Below are positions 57,847 to 64,000 of a stretch of DNA of 64,000 nucleotides, piece after piece. The position numbers and the translations under genes are program-made. The notes beneath the pieces are model-generated. The model did not search any database, was not told the origin of the DNA, and worked only from the letters and a program-made list of their open reading frames with translations. This DNA comes from Eukaryota sp. TZLM1-RC. Taxonomy: Eukaryota > Protista > Metamonada: BaSk clade. Numbering within the stretch: position 1 is the stretch's first letter; each line of letters begins with the position of its first letter. The stretch spans positions 5,237,784-5,301,783 of the forward strand of contig JAUPSS010000004.1 of assembly GCA_040285825.1 (NCBI GenBank). Direction: 5' to 3'.

Positions 57847-59254
57847 GTATATGGCAACGGTAACGCTATTTTCTGCACGATTATCATTCTTTTGATTAGG
57901 TCAGTATCTTTTTCAAAATTTATGAGATTTATTCCATCATTAAAACCAATGTTCATGTCATTCACTTGATTTGAATTCCTTTGTTGATAATCATTTTACA
58001 ACATTTGCGACAATTTATACATGGTTATCTTGCCTTTGAAAAAATGGAAACGAATGGCGCATTTCACATGAGAAGTTTTCAAGTTTATAAATACAGCATG
58101 TGTTCTTGTTCACATTTTTGGTGTAAAAAATCATTGTTGCGTGAACTTTTACATTGATAAAGAAGTTTTTCTTTTTCTATTAAACATAAATAAAAAATAA
58201 ATTTAAAATTTCATAAATTCAACAAACACTTTTATTGCAAAATCAGTACACGAAATTAGATGCTCTATTGATCAAAAATACTGCACCAAAAAAGCTAAAA
58301 CAATTTGGCACAGTTTTCATTTGAAATCCCCATTTCTTATATGACAAAAAGACTCCACACTTGACAATAAATCTTTGAATTGTAATATCCATATGAGTGT
58401 TTAAAACGCTGTTGAATGTTATTGTGTTTTCACACTTTCTGTGAAAACATGCTTATGCACAAGTGATACAAGGCAGGTTTGATACATGAAGAAATGATTA
58501 ATGTAATCTGTTTCAATGGCAATCTTGAAAACAATAGTGTTGGCAGAAAAGATGATGTATGTACTGAAAAGAATACTGTCCAGGAAAACTTTATTATGAT
58601 AGAGTCTTCATCAAAAAGAAAGTACAACGGTGAAGACATCAAGCCAATCCATGAACAATTGAGATCAAAAGAGTGATTGAGTCAAACGAAACACTTACAA
58701 TAACCGATAGGTACAAGATTTACGGAATATAAATCCAAAATGCGCTAGACAAGGCTGCTGCACTGATGGCAATCGTGATGCCTACCCTTCTGTCCCCAAG
58801 AATCATGGCACTAAGAGTATAATGTGTTTGAAGTTACAGACGCATCCCCAAGTTTGAGTACGGAAATGAGAAAAACCGCAGAAGGTTGCTCAGGTTGGAA
58901 GATCAAATTTTGGGTCTGGTTTCAAACTTCAGATTTTCCAATTTTAACATTGGAATTTTACCAACCCATCATCCAATAGATTTTGGTTTTGCTTTCCTGT
59001 TTTCTGCATGTGTTCGTATATGGCAACGGTTACACTAATTTCTGTACGATTATCATTCTTTTGATTAGATTAGTATTTCTTCCAAAATTTTGAGCTTTAT
59101 GCATCATTGAAACCAATGTTCATGTCATTGATCTGATTTGAATTCATTTGTTGATAATCCTTTTGCAACTGTTGCGACAATTTATACATGGTTATCTTGC
59201 CTTTGAAAAACTCGAAACGAATGGCGCAATTTACAGGAGAAGTTTCCAATTTAT
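57847..59254. repeat. Local imperfect duplication (~240 bp at 57847-58087 and 59016-59254; a ~50-bp pair at ~57660 and ~58113)
   Basis: Shared TATATGGCAACGGT..CATGGTTATCTTGCCTTTGAAAAA..AACGAATGGCGCA. Confidence 0.8.
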
Positions 59255-59739
59255 GAACAGCAGTTCTGAAAATTAGGACTTTTTAAGGGTGAAATCGATG
59301 CTAGTGAATGGATTCAACACTTTAATTCAAATCTAATAGAATTGAATCACAAACACTTGAACCCATTAATTATTGGTCGATTTGTTGTTGATACGTGTAG
59401 TATTTACACAACTTATCATCAACCACGCAAATTGAAAAGAGTTTCAGAATTGCAGTTGCAGTTTATTGTCTGAAGGATACAGATTGAACCATGAAATTGT
59501 TTAATTTCTTTAACAATGACAATGACCAATTCATGGAAACTGTTAACATAAACCTTATGATGGTTATAAGGACAGCCAAGAAAATGTCATCAGATATCCG
59601 AAAATGATTGACGTGATCGAAGAGGCAGTAATTAGGTGTCAGGAAATTTCCATGGTTGGTTTTAGATGTCATTTTTGGTTACTATTTGCAATTTTTTTTC
59701 AAGTAATTTCTTTTATTATTAATTTCATCAAAAACCTAT

Positions 59740-60859
59740 AAATCAACATCTAATTAGTCCATCTCTCCCCAAACAAAAACACTGGATGCAACTCTCTCAT
59801 AGTGAGATCCAAGAGAAAGCAAAGAATCAGAAACCATCTTCAACATCCCCTTAGAAATAGAAAACACAATCCTATTTTGCCAAAACAATCTGTTGAAATT
59901 TCTGTTAGTTCTTCTCTTTACAATCATTTCAAAATCTTCCAAAAAACGTATAGCCGTGGGAGCAAGTGAATCAAAAAGAGAAAATACAAAAGGATACAAA
60001 TTGTATTTTGTATGCTGTTGACTGGACAATTTGGACAAAGGTTCATTGTATTTTTGCATTTTGAAATTTTCAGCATTTGAAAGAGGATTATGAATTTCAG
60101 AATTAACAAGCCTTGCATTTGAGGCATTACAAGGATCAACAGACAATACATCCAATTAAATAAAGCTTCCATCTAATCCAGGTAATATTACATCACCTCT
60201 ATTATTCTTAAGAAAATCATCTTCAGTATCAAACAGATTTGGCAACAGAAGTTCCAAAAAGGATTCAATTCTATGAAACTTACACATACAATATAATTGG
60301 TCTCGTACAGCATCGTGAACCTTGCTTTTAAAAGTAATAAAATGTTTACAATTTAACAAATGAGTAATTGAAATTTTTCAAGAACATTTACAAATTAAAT
60401 TATGTGGCAAATTATCAGGCCAGATAAAGGAACGAAATCTCATATTCAAAGTCCAAACAGAATCAGTTAGGAGAGTACCATAAACTTGAGGAATTGTTGT
60501 TACTAAGGCAGAAGAAGTACTATCACACATATCTTGTAAAAGATTTGCAAAAGCGGGATTCTTTTTCTTGGCCAAGCCAAGTCTAACATCAAAATCCAAG
60601 CTTTCAAAAATCTTTGATAATTTTTGTTGAAGCTTTTTACAGCGAAACTGCAATTTAAAAGACATCGGTTTGGTATTTCTTGACTTGATTGGGGAAAACA
60701 TTTTGTCCAAATTTGTGGTGGCAATGTATCAAGTTCACAAGATAACTCATTCAAATAAGGATTACGACTGGAAACTAACAAGTGAGAATCAGGAAATCTA
60801 CGAGAAAATTCATAAATAAAATTTTTGCCTCCAACAAAACAAACAAATTTGCAAGTAAG
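59740..60859 (-). mobile_element. RLE non-LTR 3' half, frameshifted
   Basis: ORFs 59754..60155, 60156..60359, 60378..60710 with knuckle, HDAVRD, RGDV and K..KY motifs. Confidence 0.85.
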
Positions 60860-61750
60860 GATATTATTGTTCGACTTAGTACGGCTAAGCAAGAAAATCC
60901 TGCTTTTGTTAATTTTTTGATTGATTTGAAGGAGAGTTCATCTGCAGTTTTGTTGAATCAAATTCCCCAGATTTATGGCTTGTTTTTAAATGACGACCAA
61001 TGGACTACTGCAATGAAAATGTGTTGTTATTTGTGGCCCTGCAATTTGCCCAATGATCTGTTTTGCAAAAGTGGAGTTGGGTTCAGATTATCACATTTAT
61101 TTAATTGCAACAGATTTATTTTATATCGCTCCATTTTGCATGATGCTTTCAGAGATCAAATTCATGAAATGTGCAATTCCCATCATATTTCATCATTTGT
61201 AGAACCGTTGTTGAGGTTTCTTGATATAAATGTAAATTTAAGAGACTCATATTATGGAAAACGACGTGCTGATGTTTTTGTACCCTCATTTGATGGTGTC
61301 TTAAATGTTGTCAATGTTGTAACAGTAGATGTTTGCAAGAAAAATGCCTTCAAAAATGCACAATTCGAAGTATCCCCTGTTGATGATTCAGAATAGTACA
61401 AACGAAAGAAATATGCAAATCCTTTAAAAGAATTGAAACATGTTCGCCATGTGGATTACCAAATTTGCACATTTGCAATTTCTTTGTATGGACGTCTTGG
61501 AACAACTGCCGTGGATTTTATTGATGATTATGAAAATCTTATAAAAAGAAGAATGAATAAGCGTTTTGATCGCCGTTTGTGGTTAAATCGTATTGTTTTT
61601 ACTATTTTCAAATTAATTCCTGAAATGATTTGGAAAGCTTTAATGTCTGTCAGTGCACGTTACCGGGACATTGCTGTTGTAAGGTTTGATGGTGTGAAAG
61701 CTTGTTTTGAAGATATTGATTTTTAGAATGTAGTTTTTTAGTATAAATTA
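60860..61750 (+). mobile_element. RLE non-LTR 3' half (family D)
   Basis: HDAFRD, RRADV, RKKY, WLNRIVF, EDIDF; same family as 35148-35682. Confidence 0.85.
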
Positions 61751-62385
61751 ATAATTATGAAAATAAACATTGGTGTCAGAGGGATTCGTGGTTCAATTTT
61801 ACCACCAGGTGGTTGGTGCCACCATGGTGGTTATCTTGGTTGTCAATTTCATTTCATTATTCCTTTCTCCTTTCTTTGTTCCAAATACCATGGCCTGGAA
61901 GCAAACACCCTGTATTTGAATACATTTCCCCTAATAATGCTTATGATGAAGTGGAATATTCGAGAGGACGCCTACATGCCATATGTGACTTTTATTCATG
62001 TGGATGAATGTTGAAATAGTATAAATGATGGAAGAGATGGAGAAAATTGCAGAGGCAGAAGTTGCAGAGGTAGTCAACGAGCAGGACCAAGAAGCAGATT
62101 ATTCACTGGATGAGGAAGTCCTACCGATCCTTGTTATTTCAGAAATCTTTATGTTTCGGAGGACATTGAGGAGGAATGATATGATCTCAAATGCGTATTT
62201 CTTTCGATACTTGAGTTATGGGTTTAGTATTTGTTAGTGGAAGCAAACATGTTTTATTCATAAAAATTTGACATGTCAGAAAGTAACAGCATTTTATAGG
62301 CTAAAAAATACACCACCGTGTGGGAAAAATTTTGAACCTTGCTTATTTCATTGTTACAGACATTGGTACAGACATTATCTGTACC

Positions 62386-63471
62386 ATGAACCTCTCTCAA
62401 CTTCATCCCTACCAAGGACCAATCAAGTTTGAACCACATGAAGTTTCCCTTGGTTTTGAACAATCTGCTATTCATCGCGTCATGCGACAGCTCTCTACAC
62501 ATTTATCATGTCGCTATAGGGATACGTTTCCACTTGAGGTAGGGGCATGTATTAAACTCTTAAACTCTCTTCTGAAAGAGAACACAAATAAACACGTTTT
62601 TCACAACTGCGAAGGTATAAGTCTACTGTCAAGGCTTATTTCCCAGCCCACGTCTCTCTCCCCATCACTTCTGAACTGCATCGACCATCTTTGTTCGCTT
62701 CCTGATCTTTGTACTGATCTCATATTTTCTGATATTCCCTCAAAATTATCTTCTCTGCTCACTAATAATCCTAACCCTAACCCTAACGCTGATCCTAACT
62801 TGAGTATTTCTTTGGCTGCCTTGCAGACTCTATCTCTACTTTTGGAAAGATTTGCTGTTCTCAATGGAAAAGAATCTATTGCTAAAACATCTATTTATTT
62901 ACCAAACCTGTTGTCAAGCTCACATCACCATGCCACTTCATCACCGTCACCATCTCATGCCACGTGTCAGTGTGTCATTTCTGCTTTACGGGCTATTTAT
63001 TCTGTTACTAGTTGTTTAGAATCAAAATCTTTTCTAACTCAGCCTGAAATTATAGGGGAATTTGCTGAAGGAATCAGTTCACTTTGCCAATCAAAATTGA
63101 TTGATAAGTTGATTGAAATCGGCCAAATTGATAAATTTAGGTATTTTTGTCTCAATATTGTTGGTGATTTAGTAAAATTTAAAAAAGGTTATGATGCAAT
63201 AATTCAATCAAATGTGATTGATTTGATTGCCAAGGGGTTAGAAACTGATGACGTGATGTCTTGCTTGTGGATTTTATCTTACTTGTCAATCAAATTTGAG
63301 GGAGCCCAGCTTATTTCTAAAAATATTAGGGTTTTAAGACATTTAGTAAGGATCAAATGTGATAAAAGAGTAGATAATGATATTAAATTCGAAGTTGTTT
63401 GTGATGTTCTATCTAGTATTAACAAGAATGATGAATTAAGTCGGGTTGTGAAATCTCTGTGTTGTGTTTAA
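62386..63471 (+). CDS. ARM-repeat protein, possibly radial spoke RSP14/RSPH14-like
   Basis: Helical ARM-like repeats; N-terminal PHEVSLGFEQSAIHRVMRQL recalls RSP14; first ATG at 62386. Confidence 0.6.
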   Translation: MNLSQLHPYQGPIKFEPHEVSLGFEQSAIHRVMRQLSTHLSCRYRDTFPLEVGACIKLLNSLLKENTNKHVFHNCEGISLLSRLISQPTSLSPSLLNCIDHLCSLPDLCTDLIFSDIPSKLSSLLTNNPNPNPNADPNLSISLAALQTLSLLLERFAVLNGKESIAKTSIYLPNLLSSSHHHATSSPSPSHATCQCVISALRAIYSVTSCLESKSFLTQPEIIGEFAEGISSLCQSKLIDKLIEIGQIDKFRYFCLNIVGDLVKFKKGYDAIIQSNVIDLIAKGLETDDVMSCLWILSYLSIKFEGAQLISKNIRVLRHLVRIKCDKRVDNDIKFEVVCDVLSSINKNDELSRVVKSLCCV

Positions 63472-63638
63472 TATTTTGTAATAAAACAAATTAATTAGTT
63501 TTATGAAAGAAGCAACACTACAATTTTTGTATTTAATTATTATTTTCAGAAAAATCAAAATCGCCAGGATAGAAGAAATTTATTAAAAAATAAGCAAGAT
63601 TGTCTAAAAGATGAAACACATTCAAGGAAAATTCAAAA

Positions 63639-64000
63639 CTAAATATTCAAACGTTGACCACTTTGTCCAACAAACTGGGCAATGCTGTTAACCAATTGGG
63701 CATGTTCCTGGCTCTTTAACATAGTAGATATATTAGGAGAAGACTTGACAACTTCAGTAAAAACGGAGTTGAAGTAGCCAATGGGATCAGGTACTTCAAA
63801 CCACTCTTCTTTAGGTGGAGTGGCATTCTTGAGGGTGGTATGCTGAGGTGAATAACCATTAGAATCTTCTTCTTGGGTCAAAGTTTGGTTAATTGTAATA
63901 GAAGATTCAGAGCTATCATTGACGGAAAGATTTATAATTACGGATAGTAATTCCAAAAATAAATGTGGTTTGTTGATAATAAACGTAGATTTAAGTAAGT
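63639..64000 (-). CDS. 3' end of a hypothetical protein running off the window
   Basis: Frame stays open from 64000 to the stop at 63639; convergent with the ARM gene. Confidence 0.55.
   Translation of the reverse strand, partial: LLKSTFIINKPHLFLELLSVIINLSVNDSSESSITINQTLTQEEDSNGYSPQHTTLKNATPPKEEWFEVPDPIGYFNSVFTEVVKSSPNISTMLKSQEHAQLVNSIAQFVGQSGQRLNI

Noticed and set aside
61757-62237. Short ORFs after the family D element
   Set aside because: No assignable motifs; probably decayed sequence.

Overview
AT-rich eukaryotic nuclear DNA, most likely from a flagellated protist. Standard genetic code, compact and mostly intronless genes, two tiny spliceosomal introns (32 and 26 nt). An anaerobic metamonad-like host is an unverified guess. 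Host genes: CPBP/CAAX-type protease, eIF4E, BTB plus Gly-rich protein, repetitive EGF surface protein, CENP-E-like kinesin with 654-bp tandem repeats, bacterial-type MMPL/RND transporter, CAMK-group kinase, beta-adaptin (AP-4-like), histones H2A(X-like)/H2B/H4, WD40 protein, TmcB/C-like membrane protein carrying a bacterial-type Cache domain, RSPH14-like ARM protein and tRNA-Gly(GCC). Intergenic space is filled with decayed RLE-type (CRE-like) non-LTR retrotransposon fragments. It also holds three distinct Fanzor (eukaryotic TnpB) remnants, two small and apparently recent LTR elements with 4-bp TSDs, and an orphan ~0.8-kb 28S rRNA fragment. Most notable: (1) a variant histone 3' stem-loop identical behind all three histone genes; (2) Fanzor remnants, one followed by a structured omega-RNA candidate; (3) two pol-less mini-LTR elements sharing a non-canonical hairpin at the primer-binding position; (4) retrotransposons inserted antisense at the same motif of other retrotransposons; (5) a Cache-domain TmcB-like receptor. 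All protein family calls come from motif recognition, not database searches. Boundaries of decayed TEs are approximate.
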